DNA of 64,000 nt from Podarcis filfolensis (lineage: Eukaryota). The notes beneath the pieces were generated by a model. That model was not told the DNA's origin and made no database searches. It worked only from the letters and a program-made list of their open reading frames with translations. The stretch lies in the NCBI GenBank assembly GCA_964270895.1, contig OZ185438.1; one strand, given 5' to 3'. The stretch's first letter is position 1. Each line of letters starts with the position of its first letter. The position numbers were made by a program, and so were the translations under genes. Below, in pieces: positions 26,100-38,963 of this stretch.

Positions 26100-26163
26100 C
26101 TTGAAGAACAAGTATATAAACCATTGACGGGACAGGAAAAATAGAAAATGCTTGAGAGTTCAT
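26100..26163 (-). CDS. Gene A (CD2-family-like receptor) signal-peptide exon
   Basis: ccaaaATG start; MNSQAFSIFPVPSMVYILVLQ plus G, then strong donor CAAG|GTAAGT; phase 1 matches the next exon. Confidence 0.75.
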
Positions 26164-27014
26164 TTTGGTAGGATGCTGTAGCATGTACATCAGAACACAA
26201 CATCCTCAGAAACATCCCTACAGTAACAGAGCTTCCATAGCATTGCCTAGAAAAGATAAAGGGCTGTTCTATCTTGATTTTAAACTCTTCCTCCTAGGTT
26301 CAGTGTAACTTGTCAAAACAGAGAAGCATGGGAGAGTCGGTTCTTCAAAACAGAAGCAAGGTGGTTTCAACCACTGTAAGAAATACTCATGCAAATTGTT
26401 GGTAAATGTGTTACTCACATGCCTGAATGTACAGAAATAGTACCTTGTAAGGCAAATACACGCGAGAGCAAAAAATAGAGATCAAAGATAAGAGCTACAA
26501 AGAGCAGAGAGATGTGGATGTCCAGTCCATGATTCAGAGTGGGGAACCTGAAGCAAGTGTTGAGTTGGGGTGTAATATTTAATGAGACTTTAGTAATTAA
26601 AGTTATAGCCACAGCAGAGCATTTTTACAGCAAATCCTATACATGCCTATATAGAAGTAAGTCCCACTGAGTTCAGTAGGGGTTATTTCTAGGTAAGTAG
26701 ACATAGCATTGATTATATAGATTCAAACTCCAATAAGCCAGTGCATTGTACCCCTAACTTGTTGACCAAACTGGAATGGTGATGTGTGAAATAGCAACCA
26801 TATTGAGATAGCTAGAAAATAATGCAATGTACCCAAGAGTAGACTCAAATATTAGTTTTCTAATAAAGTCACTGACTCCGAGCAGACCATTTATTTAATA
26901 TATATCGAACTCTTCCTTCCACATAACCAAATTCCAGGCAATGTACAGCTATTAAAACATATTCTATTATAAAGCCCTATATGGCTAAGGTCCAAGCTAT
27001 CTGAAATACCACAT

Positions 27015-28970
27015 TCCCTCATATGAAGCTGCCTGGGTTTTGAGATCTTCAGGGCAGGTCCTTCTCTTGGCCCCATCACCCTCATAGACACACTAGGTGG
27101 GAATGGACAAAAGGGCCTTCTCAGTGGCTGCTCCCAGACTCTGGAGATTCTTCCTCCCTGGAGAATACAGACTGGCATGACAGCTAAGAATGTGAACCTA
27201 TTTAAAGACAATTATGAAAAAACTTGGACAGAAGTGAAAAAAGATTTGGAGATTTGGTCAAACTTAAAGCTTTCCTTGTTAGGTCGAATCGCAGTTATAA
27301 AGATGAATGTACTGCCAAGAATGTTGTTTTTGTTCCAAGCATTGCAAATAATGGAAAAAATGGACTGTTTCAAGAAGTGGCAAAAAGATATATCTAAATT
27401 TGTCTGGCAGGGCAAGAGGCCCAGAATTAAATTTAAGATATTAACGGATTCAAAGGAAAGAGGGGGGTTTGCCCTGCCAGACTTTAAACTCTATTATGAA
27501 GCGGCAGCTTTCTGCTGGCTGAAAGAATGGCTACTTCTTGAAAACACAGACATTTTGGATTTGGAAGGTTTTAATAATATTTTTGGGTGGCATGCATATT
27601 TGTGGTATGACAAGGTTAAAGCACACAAAAGTTTTAAAAACCATATTGTCAGAAAAGCACTATTAAATGTTTGGATTAGATATAAAGATCTGCTGGAAAA
27701 TAAAACTCCAAGGTGGCTGTCGCCAATGGAAGCTAAGGCAGTTAAAAAGTTAAACATGGAGTCGAAGTGGCCAAGATACTGGGAAATTTTGGAAAAGGAA
27801 GGGGATAAATTGAGATTGCAGAGTTTTGAGAAATTAAAAGGGAAGGTGAGAGATTGGCTGCACTATCATCAAATAAATGAAGCGTTTAAATTGGACAGTA
27901 AAATTGGCTTCCAGGTGGAAAAATCAAAATTGGAGACAGAATTGTTAGAACCCAGTACTAAGAATTTGTCAAAAATGTACAACTTGCTGCTGAAATGGAA
28001 TACACAAGATGAAACGGTTAAATCAGCTATGATTAAATGGGCTCAGGACATTGGTCATAATATTTTGTTTGCTGATTGGGAAAAGTTGTGGACCACCGGG
28101 ATGAAATTTACGGCATGTAATGCTCTAAGAGAAAACATTATGAAAATGATATATAGGTGGTACATAACCCCAGTCAAGCTTGCAAAGATTTACCATTTGC
28201 CTGATAATAAATGTTGGAAATGTAAAGAAAAGGAAGGTACATTCTTTCACCTTTGGTGGACGTGCCCGAAGATTAAGGCATTCTGGGAAATGATCTATAA
28301 TGAACTTAAAAAGGTATTTAAATATACTTTCCCTAAGAAACCAGAGGCCTTTCTCTTGGGTATTGTCGGACAGGGGGTGTTAAAGACGGACATAACTTTC
28401 TTTTTGTACGCTACAACAGCAGCTAGAATACTTATTGCGAAGTACTGGAAGACACAAGAACTACCCACACTGGAAGAATGGCAGATGAAGGTGATAGACT
28501 ACATGGGCCTGGCAGAAATGACGAGCAGGATCCGAAACCAGGGAAGAGAAGCAGCGCAAGAAGAATGGAAAAAGTTCAAGGACTATTTAAAGAAATACTA
28601 CAAAATTAATGAAAGTTAGAATGATGTTGGACTGGAAAGTAAACGGTTACTATTAGCAAGGGTTAAGACAAGGAGAATAAGGAAGATTAGATTAAATTTA
28701 AATTAAAATAAGGGAAGATTTGCTGAGTAATTGATAAGAATTTGGAATACAGAAAAGGGAGGCATGAGGAAGTCGGGGAAGAAAGGTATAAGAAATTAAG
28801 ATATGAAATGGTACATGTTTTTTGTTTTGTTTTTGTTTTTGTCTGTTTATGTATTTGTTATATGTTTGTTATTATTATAAAAACCTTTAATAAAAAATTA
28901 TTTAAAAAAAAAAAAGGAGAATACAGACTGGCTTCCTCCATGTTGTCCTTCTGCCATCAGGCTTTTGGCA
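27015..28970 (+). mobile_element. Old L2 3' fragment split by the L1 insertion
   Basis: The flanks rejoin into a squamate L2-like 3' region (...agggccttctcagtggctgctcccagactctgg...agactggc|ttcctcc...tccttc...). Confidence 0.55.
27177..28915 (+). mobile_element. 5'-truncated L1 LINE (ORF2 C-terminal part, 3' UTR, poly-A)
   Basis: Uninterrupted 480-codon ORF with LSLLGRIAVIKMNVLPR and CWKC...HLWWTC; poly-A tail; 17-bp TSD GGAGAATACAGACTGGC at 27160-27176 and 28916-28932. Confidence 0.95.
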
Positions 28971-29541
28971 ATTGACCGCTTTAATAAAGGGGCTGGTGCT
29001 GTGCTGTTTCTATTGCAGTTGTTTGTATACCCTATTTTAAACAAGATTTGATTATTTTAACGTTTAATTGTTTTTTAATGACTGCCCCCCAATGTTTCTA
29101 TGTTTTGAGGGATTTCTTGTTTTTATGTGTAAGCTGCCTTGAGTCCTGTCAGGGGGGAAAGGCAAGGTATGTGTAAATAAATAATTAAATAATTAAATAT
29201 TAAATAAATAAGCAGCAGCAGCAGTAGTAAACAATAACAGTAAGAGGACCATTCAACAAGAACAGGTTAGACAACCCTAACTATGAACAAATTCCTTGAT
29301 ATTCAAATCTTTAAAATACAGACTTCCATACTTCCAGCAATAAACTAACCAGTTGCAATCCTGTACCCACGAGAATAAGCCCCACTGAACTCAATGGAAC
29401 TTATTTCTGAGTAGACATGCAGTGGGTTGCACTGTAAATCTAATACTGTGCAAGCGCCAGCGCAAACAGGAAAACTTATGAGAAGTGAATAGCTTAAATT
29501 AACCTAGGGATATATGAATGATGGTAAAATATGTTTACACG

Positions 29542-29559
29542 GTTGCCATCTAGAGGCCA
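29542..29559 (-). promoter_or_regulatory. Candidate CTCF site
   Basis: The minus strand reads TGGCCTCTAGATGGCAAC, fitting the CC(A/T)C(C/T)AG(A/G)(G/T)GGC core. Motif match only. Confidence 0.45.
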
Positions 29560-30853
29560 GAAGGCAAAAGTGTGGGTTTTCTGAGGAAAAAGTTGGCACT
29601 GAGCATGCTCAAGGCCTGTGTTCATGGGAGCGGTTCCAAGATGGATGCCAGAGTAAAAACTGTATAAAATAAACCAAGAAATAAAAGCAGCTCTAGTTCA
29701 TATTATCACTGTAGCTTGCATTCACTGTTCTGCCCTGCTCTTCACTTTGGCATACTGCTGTGGCTGCCTTCAGAGAAGCCTTTAGCACTCCCTGGCTTCC
29801 TCTTGGAATTGCCCCACTTCTGCCCAAACTGTTGCTGTAGCATTTGCTGATGCAATTGATTCCTGCCCTGTGTTCAGATTATTATGAATGCAGCGCTTGC
29901 ATCTTACTGGCGGTGCTTGGTACGAAATCTAAATTAGCTAAAGCTTAATTCTGAGCGTCCCCTGGGGAACCAGCAGTAACTGTGTGCGTCCGTTACAAAT
30001 GGAACTTTTCCCCTTACTTCGTTACTCATCACAAAGAAGTACAGGGCAGGCTGCCATATTTTTCTCAGCATGAAGGGCACCGTGAGGTAGATTCAGGGGT
30101 AGATCAGTCCCAATAGCGAAGTAAACATTGAACATCTTGAATACACTGGACTAAAGTTGAGCCACTAAACACCAGGGACTGAGCTCTTGTGCCTCACCAC
30201 TGGGATGGGGAATCCTCATCCTAATCTCATCTGTTCTATGGAACTGTTAAAAAAATATTGTGTTCACACTGTGCACACACGTAGCTATGTGTATTTTGGG
30301 GGCCAGTTGCTCTTTACTTTGGGAGGGGAACAATGCAGGGCTGGCCTCTTTTTTTTTGGCAGCAACAGCTCCCTGTCTTTTTGTGGCTGTATGGTTCAAA
30401 ATACTCAGGATTAAATATGTCTTGATTCTTTATTGACCAGGAGGTGTTGGTGCAAATAAAATAACTCTTCAGGAGGGAGCCTCTGAATGCAGAAACGATT
30501 GTGCTACTTGCCATGATTGAAAATATTTCACTGGCTCCATATCTGGACAGTAGCTACACAAACCAACTGAACTCTGTGTTGCACCTGTGTGACATCTCTT
30601 CAGAGACAGGATCCAGCCTGTCCACTTGCTTGGGGAAAGGTCTTTGTTAAGTTGTGCGTGAACATATCAGACGACACAGCGATTCTTCAAACAGCTCTTG
30701 TTTACTCACAGGCCAGAACAGAACGGAACTGAAGGGTTCAGCCAGCCTGCTTATATGGAGCTCCACTACAGCGCAAAAGTAACCACTTTCTGTAACTATC
30801 CAATCACTGAACGTCACTTTCAATCCCCTATTTGCATATGTGGACCTGAGTGA

Positions 30854-31609
<756 letters not shown>

Positions 31610-31664
31610 CAAATGCCCTTTGGTGGTGGGCAAGGGGTGCTCAGGCAGTATACAAAAACTAGAA

Positions 31665-32005
31665 CTGAAACATAATCCAGACAAGGTGGAGTTGATCATG
31701 CTGGGTAGCCTAAATACCTATAAAGGGATGGAAATGCCTGTGTTGAATGACTCCTCCACCACCACTAATAGATCGAGTTTGTAGCTTGTGAACATTCCTG
31801 GATCTAGGCCTCATGGGTGAGCAAGCCAAGGCAGTTTTATCAGCTTTGACTGATTTACCATCTGTACCCTTTTCTGGGACAGAGGGTCCTGCATACTGTT
31901 GGGGGCATGCCCTGCTAATTTACCAACTGGAGTAACGTGATGTCCTCTATATGTGACTGCCTTTGAAAGCTGTGCAATTAGTTCAGAATGCGGCAGCCAG
32001 ATCAA
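31665..32005 (+). mobile_element. Degenerate L2 RT C-terminal fragment
   Basis: Remnants of NPDK and LVQNAAAR motifs (ttagttcagaatgcggcagccaga). Confidence 0.55.
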
Positions 32006-32338
32006 TCTCTGCTGTTAAAACTGCATGTAGCACTCCAGTTCTGCAATATGCTGAGATATGACTGAACATAGCACATCTGTTATCTGAAACCTTTCTTGCA
32101 GAAGAAAACAGGTGGACTAACACTGGGAAGAAACAGCAGGTCAGGCAGACTCACCATACTGATCAGCTGTAACAAAAAGCTGGGCTTGTTTCTTCATGCT
32201 AATGTGCTAAGTTCTAAAGCTGTGGCATGGAATAGAAAAATGAAGGTGAAGCTCATCACCAGGGTTGCTCTTAATATTGTAAATAACAGTACGGGGGCGG
32301 GGGATTGCATTATAACTACTTAGCAAAACTCTTTGAAG

Positions 32339-32563
32339 TACAGTGGTACCTTGGGTTAAGTACTTAATTCGTTCCAGAGGTCCGATCTTAACCTGAAACT
32401 GTTCTTAATCTGAAGCACCACTTTAGCTAATGGGGCCTCCTGCTGCCGCCGGAGCACGATTTCTGTTCTCATCCTGAAGCAAAGGTAATATTTCTGGCTT
32501 AGCGGAGTCTGTAACCTGAAGCGTATGTAACCTGAAGTGTATGTAACCCGAGGTACCACTGTA
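32339..32563. mobile_element. Tc1/mariner MITE family 1
   Basis: TIRs and TA TSD; ends 4 bp before the Gypsy LTR. Confidence 0.9.
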
Positions 32564-32567
32564 AAGC

Positions 32568-33340
32568 TGTTATGTACTGAGCTGAATCCTAGAACAATAG
32601 GATCCAGAATGCAGCAGTCTGATTGGTCCGCAGGAGCCACCCAATCCAGCTCCGGGTAAAAGTGAATCAGTGATCTGATTGGCCTGCAGGAGCAGCCAAT
32701 CAGGCTTCTGGAGGAGGTAAATCTGCAACCTGATTGGCCTACAGGAGCAGCCTGGAATTAGCCAATCACACAGGGCCCATTGTGTAAATAATGTATAAAT
32801 ACCTGTAGCTAGATGTTTTGGGGAAAAGATTCATTCATTGCTACTATGAGCTGAATAAAGAGCATGAAATTCACACTCGACTCCAAGTATATTTCACTGG
32901 CGACGAAGGTAGGATTCCGCTGAGCTGACTGCCACACACAGCACTGCACCACCACCGCCTGCCACACCGCTGCCTCGCACCGTGTATCCAGGCTTCAGCT
33001 CCGGGACCCAAGGAACTCAGAATGGCAACCGACAGCAGCTTCTTGCCGTTCAACCCAGCATCAGGAGACTGGGAAGGTACGCCACCCGTTTCAACTTCCT
33101 CCTAGAAGCTAAAGAGGTCACCAATGACGCCAAGAAGAGGGCAACATTCCTCAGCGTCTGCGAAGAGGAGGCATTCGAAATTGCCCGGGCTCTCCTTGCA
33201 CCGGAAGACGTCGCTACTGTTTCTTACAAAACAATAATGGAATGGCTGAAGGGGCACTTCTCGCCGCAGCCCTCGGTGGTAGCTTGCCGAAATGACTTCT
33301 ACGCAAAGCAGCAAGCCCCTGGGGAAACCATAACCGGGTT
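32568..33340 (+). mobile_element. Gypsy-type LTR retrotransposon 5' remnant: LTR 32568-32896, PBS, truncated gag
   Basis: TG...CA LTR with TATA and AATAAA. PBS TGGCGACGA... at 32898 is similar to the complement of the tRNA-Ser(GCU) 3' end. gag starts at ATG 33022 with a frameshift (RFNFLLEA...KKRATFLSVC...HFSPQPS...FY..Q..GE). Confidence 0.85.
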
Positions 33341-36202
33341 TCCATTTGATAAGAGAATTATGGCTTCGAGACAGAAGGCCTTTTCATTCATGTCTTCTCC
33401 TGCAATGTGTAGAGATTGACTGGCATCGCACCCACTGACTTGCACCTTACCGTGAGTTCAGGATCAGTGAGAAAGGCTGCAGACTTCATTCAATGTGTGT
33501 TCTTAATTTAGGTCTCTCAATCGATTTCTAAAGGTTCTGTGATAAAGGCTTTCAAGCACCAAGAGAAACAGGGAAGGGGGGCGGGAGGTGGGCAAGACCC
33601 CTATCCACATCACAAACACTGGATATCAATGCCCCTTATTTTTCACCTGGGAATTCTTTCTAAAACTACCATAGTAGTAATTTAGCTCAACCCTAGGACA
33701 AAATGCCTCTGCACTGCATTGTCCGGTACTGGCTTTTAAGCCACTCTAGACGCATGTAGCAATTTCCCCAGCACTTACACCAATCTTCAGAGCCATGGTT
33801 AGCGTTTCTAAGCAACAAATGTCAGGAAAGGGTAACTTATTTTACAGCTGCCCCTCTAAAAAGCAATGAAAAATGCTGGCGTGATCCAAACTATATATTT
33901 ACTTATAGGAATGCCGTATTGATTTCAATGCAATTTACTCTTAAGTAAGTAGACTTAGGATTACAACCTGAATACTCTGTCCGTCACGCTAGAAGCAATG
34001 TTAAGATGCCTCATGTCCACAAGATGGTGTTGTTATCTCAAGAATGTATTCCAACTGTGTGTGTGAGATCGTCAAGGCTACACAGGATGCAAAAAGCTTC
34101 TCGTGGTCACTGGATAGAATATTAGCCAACATACCTAAGGCATTTGTTGCAGTATTGGATAAATACTCCCCCCCCCCCTGAAACGTCTTTCTTGTGAACA
34201 TTGTAAGCATAGTGTTGCAATTAACGTGAAATATGATCACCCGCAACACGGCAGGATCTGCCATACCCCACATATTCTATCAGTTTATGACAAAACTAAA
34301 TCAATCTGTGGCACAAAAAAGAGGACAAGAGCTCAGTCAGGAATAGAAGTGGCAGCACACAACTGTGTTGTGAGCAGGCTCTTCAGGAGCCTGCACAAAT
34401 AGCCCAGCTATTTTTGTAACATTAGGTTTTGGCAGGATTGAGAAGCTGGAACAGAAACAACAAATGTATTTTATATATTTGTTTTAGATATTCTGCCTTC
34501 CTTCCACAAGCACTTTCAAAACAGCATACATAGGTTTTAAATGGTAATATCTTATGAAAGCACTGAACAGACCCAGACCTATTTAGCTTCAGCAAGGTTC
34601 CTGTATTGTGTGCTTTCAGCCTATGCCCTAAGGCTAGAATGATAGCACCAGAAACATAAAATGCAACCAAAGGAACCTCCCAGATACTCCCAGACTAAAT
34701 TGTTGACTAACCTGCCTTTCCTGCCTCTTATTGTAGTCGCTTAAACTAAGGTTGTAGTCCACTAAAAAGGGGTCGCAGGTGGGAATATTTGTTTGCAGGA
34801 AGCAGACCAAGTGTTCTCAGACGGTGGCAGCCTGCCAACAGTTCCTAATTTTTAAGTATTCCTTTTCATCTGCTGCTGGCCTGAGCAATGCCACTTGGGA
34901 CTGGCCAGCTTCAAGGAAGTATGAAATACCCAGTTCAGTTTTGGCTTCACTGCTTCCTCAGAAGTGCTAGAGCCCAGGCAATGGTTACAGCAGTCAGACA
35001 TCACACTCAATTTTGACTACTTAGCCCAAGCATAAAACAAGTTCTTGAGGATCATGTGCCACTTCTGAACTAGATCTGCCTCCCCAGCATTGTGGCAGAT
35101 TCTTGGGCTATTGATGCTTTAGAAGAACAAAATGTGAACAATGAAGTAACTTTCAAAGCTGATGTTTCACCCAACCTATTTATTGTTCAAATTTTCTGTT
35201 GCCTTATTGAATGGCCGCAGCCAATTACCAGAAAAGGAGCAATATTGGTCCTTGTAGAAGTATAAAAGCAATGGCTATTTTCCCCTCTTTTGCACCCTGG
35301 TTTTCTCATTCTAGGTCTGTTGTTGTCTACTAGTTGGCTTTATTAAGAAAAAAAATCATTGTCAGCAGAACCCAAGCTTGAGCTCTGCTTACGAAAGGAC
35401 CAATCAGCAGAACTAGCTGAAGCCTTTTATGGCTATAGTTCAACTGTAAGGCAATGCTGATACATCATATCAGACAACAGTGAAATAACATGGCACATTC
35501 TCATTACAGCAAAATCTACTAAGTTTCACTTTCAAAACAAAACATTAATCTCACTGGTGGCTCCCATTCCTGAATGAGAAGGACATTAAAAAAATTTTTT
35601 TACAGGAACTCCAATATGTTCCTCAATATTACCCTGTCCCCCTTAGTGCAGTGCCCCAGTTCTCAGTTTGGGATCATTTCCAGATGGGTGTAGAATCGAT
35701 TTTGCAGTATTTCTTGAAAATGCCTTTTCAAGAAGTCTCAGCATGGGAAGAAAGAGCAAATGGTGAGAGCCCCTTGAACCTGTGGCAACTTTCCCTGTCC
35801 AATCTAGGATGCAGAGCAGTACAAGTGAGAAGTCAGTCATATCAGGGGAGGAATATATATCATACAAGAAAGCAGCTCCCATAATACTGTGGGTTCAAAG
35901 ATGACTGAGGATAAAAATATGGAGACACCATCTTTGCTGGGAGATCAGAAGATGAGCTTGGCAAAAGAAATCTTCTCCATGTTTCATTTCCTTGTCAACT
36001 GAGCTTCCCCTTTCCAAGGGGTTGACTGGATGAGAGCAAGTGGTTGGAACTAGCTTCTGCACAAGATCTCTATTCACATGATGAAACAGACAAGAGTCTG
36101 AATATTATCAGGTGAGAACACACATCTTGGAAGCCTGTGTGACTCAGCAGTATCACTGTTTCTGTTTTCCAAGTCCATTAACACAACTCTTCTACAACAG
36201 CA

Positions 36203-36238
36203 TCACACCACGAGGGACATCCTTGTTGGGAACTCATT
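36203..36238 (-). CDS. ILDR2: ILDR2 exon 10 coding part (terminal)
   Basis: ttttccccctcag acceptor; NEFPTRMSLVV then TGA, matching the recalled ILDR2 C-terminus NDFPTRMSLVV. Confidence 0.95.
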   Translation of the reverse strand, partial: NEFPTRMSLVV

Positions 36239-36432
36239 CTGAGGGGGAAAAGAGAGGCAAACACTGTGAAACACTAAATCACATCTCTCATAACATGAAG
36301 AAAAAAATGTATCCTCATCAGGGAACAAAAATTGGGTGCTTGGCTTCTGCTTTCAGAAGCTTTAAGTAGCCTCTTACAGTGGGGCTTCCCTACATGCTAA
36401 CTAGCTTTATGGTGGCATTTATCAAATCTTTC

Positions 36433-36762
36433 TACAGTGGTGCCCCGCAAGACGAATGCCTCGCAAGACAGAAAACTCGCTAGACGAAAGAGTTTTCCGT
36501 TTTGGAGGTGCTTCGCAAAACGAATTTCCTATGGGCTTGCTTTGCAAGACGAAAATGTCTTGCGAGTTCCTCGGGTTTTTTTTCCTTCCCCCCCCTTTTT
36601 CTAAGCCGCTAAGCCACTTATCCGCTAAGCCGATAAGCCGCTAAAAGCGCTAATAGTGCTAATCCGCTAATCCGTCAATGGGCTTGATTCGCAAGACGAA
36701 AAAACCGCTAGACGAAGAGACTCGCAGAACGGATTCTTTTCGTCTTGCGAGGCACCACTGTA
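36433..36762. mobile_element. Tc1/mariner MITE family 3 (ILDR2 intron 9)
   Basis: Ends CAGTGGTGCC...GCAAGACGAA / TTCGTCTTGCGAGGCACCACTG, TA TSD; internal CCGCTAA-like repeats. Confidence 0.85.
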
Positions 36763-38266
36763 TCTTTAACCACCTGCCCACCAATCTCACAGCCTCAATA
36801 TGAAGGGGCCAATTCGTACCTTCTGAAAGCTTGCTGGAAGACCCCTTGTTTTCATTCCTGGTTCAAACCATGTCCAGGGTAATTGTTCATTTAAGTGCTT
36901 CATCATGAGCTCAGAGTGCAGTTTCTCAAGGCTCCACACAACCTGCTTCAGGAAGGCTTTTTGTGGCATTGTCTATATTCAAAATTAACTGCTCATCCAG
37001 ATTTCCTTTTGTGCTGTACTTTCCATGCACAGGTCCACACTTTAAAGCTCTGTGTCCGAGTGGTGTGGGTTTTTTTGGGGGGGGGCGGTGTCCCAGTGCT
37101 TTCCCTGGGAAAATCCACATTTACCACTGAATTGACACAAACGGCAATCTGCAAAAAACCTGAATGCCATTTGCTTCAATTCAGTTGTAAAACACAAGTT
37201 GTTCTGGGGAAAGCACTGGGTCAAAAGAAAAACCACTCGACCTGGACCTGGACAGCCAGGACCTGTACCCAGAAACGTGGCACAAAAGGAAGTCTGGATG
37301 AATCTAGATAAAAACCAGAAATCTCACCACAAGTACAAGGGTCACAGCAGCTCCTTGTAAGCTGCCAGATGGCACTTGGACCTTCCTTTCTCCATCACCC
37401 AAGCCAACATAATTGCACTAACTGATCTTCCTCAGATCAGTAATTCTCTAGTTATACATGTGTGCTCTCAGTACTTCTTTATGGCCAGAGCTGACATGAA
37501 TGTGCTTCCTTTACTGAGTGATCAGTGGGCAATTTTCTGACCGGTCAGTCACAAACTGCACCAGGCAGCCTTCTAAATTAATTTGGCACATCAGTGGATT
37601 ATCAGCTAGTGCAAATACACTTTTAACTACTCAACAAGCTGTAAGCAACAAGTTATTAAGAAGGAAATATATAGGTTTTCAACTTTCCCATCCAACAACA
37701 CCAGTAGACAGATAGTTAACTGTTCCAACTGCTCAAAAAATAAGGTGAACAGATACCACTTCCAAATGTTGTCTAGACTCTGAACTTTGGAAACTTTTAA
37801 AAGAAGTGCCTTTCTACTCAGGTCACTAGGATCAAATCAAGCAACTATTGCTTTCACCCATCATCAGTGACCCAGAATTCATTTACGATTTACTAAAATT
37901 AGATTATTTTGCTTCCTTTCTTATTAACAACCCCTAACCTGCCACCTTCTGCTCAAGATATTCCTCTTTGTACTCCTCAGTTCTCTGAATCAAGGCAGAT
38001 TTTTTTATAATGCATTTTGTACTCAGATTCCAAGGCCTAAGACTGAAACATGCAAGTGACCACGATTTTCAGGCTCCCCCTGCAAGAGCTGTGCAAGCAG
38101 GGCTGAGATCTTTCCCCAGTTGCAACTTGAGTAACAGAACCAGAGTACAAAAACATTGACTACGAAGCGGCCCTAAGTTGTTGCCCCATCAGCCCAGAAC
38201 CTAGCCACCCTGCCTGGTGATTCTTGCTCAGCCCATTTGGATCAGGAGTGTCAGACATGGCCTCAC

Positions 38267-38413
38267 TGTTTTCTTGGGTTCTTTCTTCCTTTTCTTATCT
38301 GAGTTATTCAGGCTTGGTTGTTCTCTGCTTCTGTATGAAGGGCCTCGGCTCAACTCCCTTTCGCTGTATGGCGGCAGAGTGTCTTCCCCTTCCTCTTGCT
38401 GTGGAGGTTGTTG

Positions 38414-38444
<31 letters not shown>

Positions 38445-38963
38445 TGCCCTGGTTTGTAAGTGGATGGTGGCGACCAAGCATAGTATGTCCCTCCTCTCTG
38501 GCTGGATTGCGAGCTAAACTTTGAAGGTGTCCCGCCATGATCACCACCTTCATCATAGCTTCGCGATTTCCTCTCAAGGGCACTGGTAAGGTAGGAGTGG
38601 TCGTACTTCTGACTCCCTCCCGGTGTCCGACACACTAGCCTAGGCAAGTGTTTCTCTTCGTGGGCACGTCTCCTGGGTGGGCTATACGTCCAGCCCCGAT
38701 CCGAATCTGTCAATGGCTCACGGTTTCCTGCCCTGTGCTTGCCATAATACTCATCGGATGAGTTTTCTGGGTGTTGCACTGCACCTCCACGTACTCCTCT
38801 GGATCCTGTCCTCTCAAAGCGCCGGGGCTCCTGAGGGCCTTCTGTCCGACAGACGTGCTGACTGTAGGACTCGGCGAAGGCTGCAAGTTCATCCATGGAG
38901 ACAGCCGGCACTCCCATGGAGAAACTCTTCCTTGAGAGCATTTCTGACTTGCATCTCTGCTGG
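38267..38963 (-). CDS. ILDR2: ILDR2 exon 9, large cytoplasmic exon containing poly-Gln
   Basis: ctttcag acceptor, GTGAG donor, 697 bp, phase 2-0; SQQRCKSEMLSRKSFSMGVPAVSMDELAAFAESY...YYAWSPP...LPPYSE...KKRKKEPKKT. Confidence 0.97.
38408..38446 (-). repeat. (CAG)8(CAA)5 coding trinucleotide repeat
   Basis: Direct count; encodes 13 Gln in ILDR2 exon 9. Confidence 0.95.

Noticed and set aside
36590-36680. Short CCGCTAA-like tandem array resembling a CRISPR or telomeric repeat
   Set aside because: It is an internal repeat of a TA-flanked MITE, with no spacers, in a eukaryotic context.
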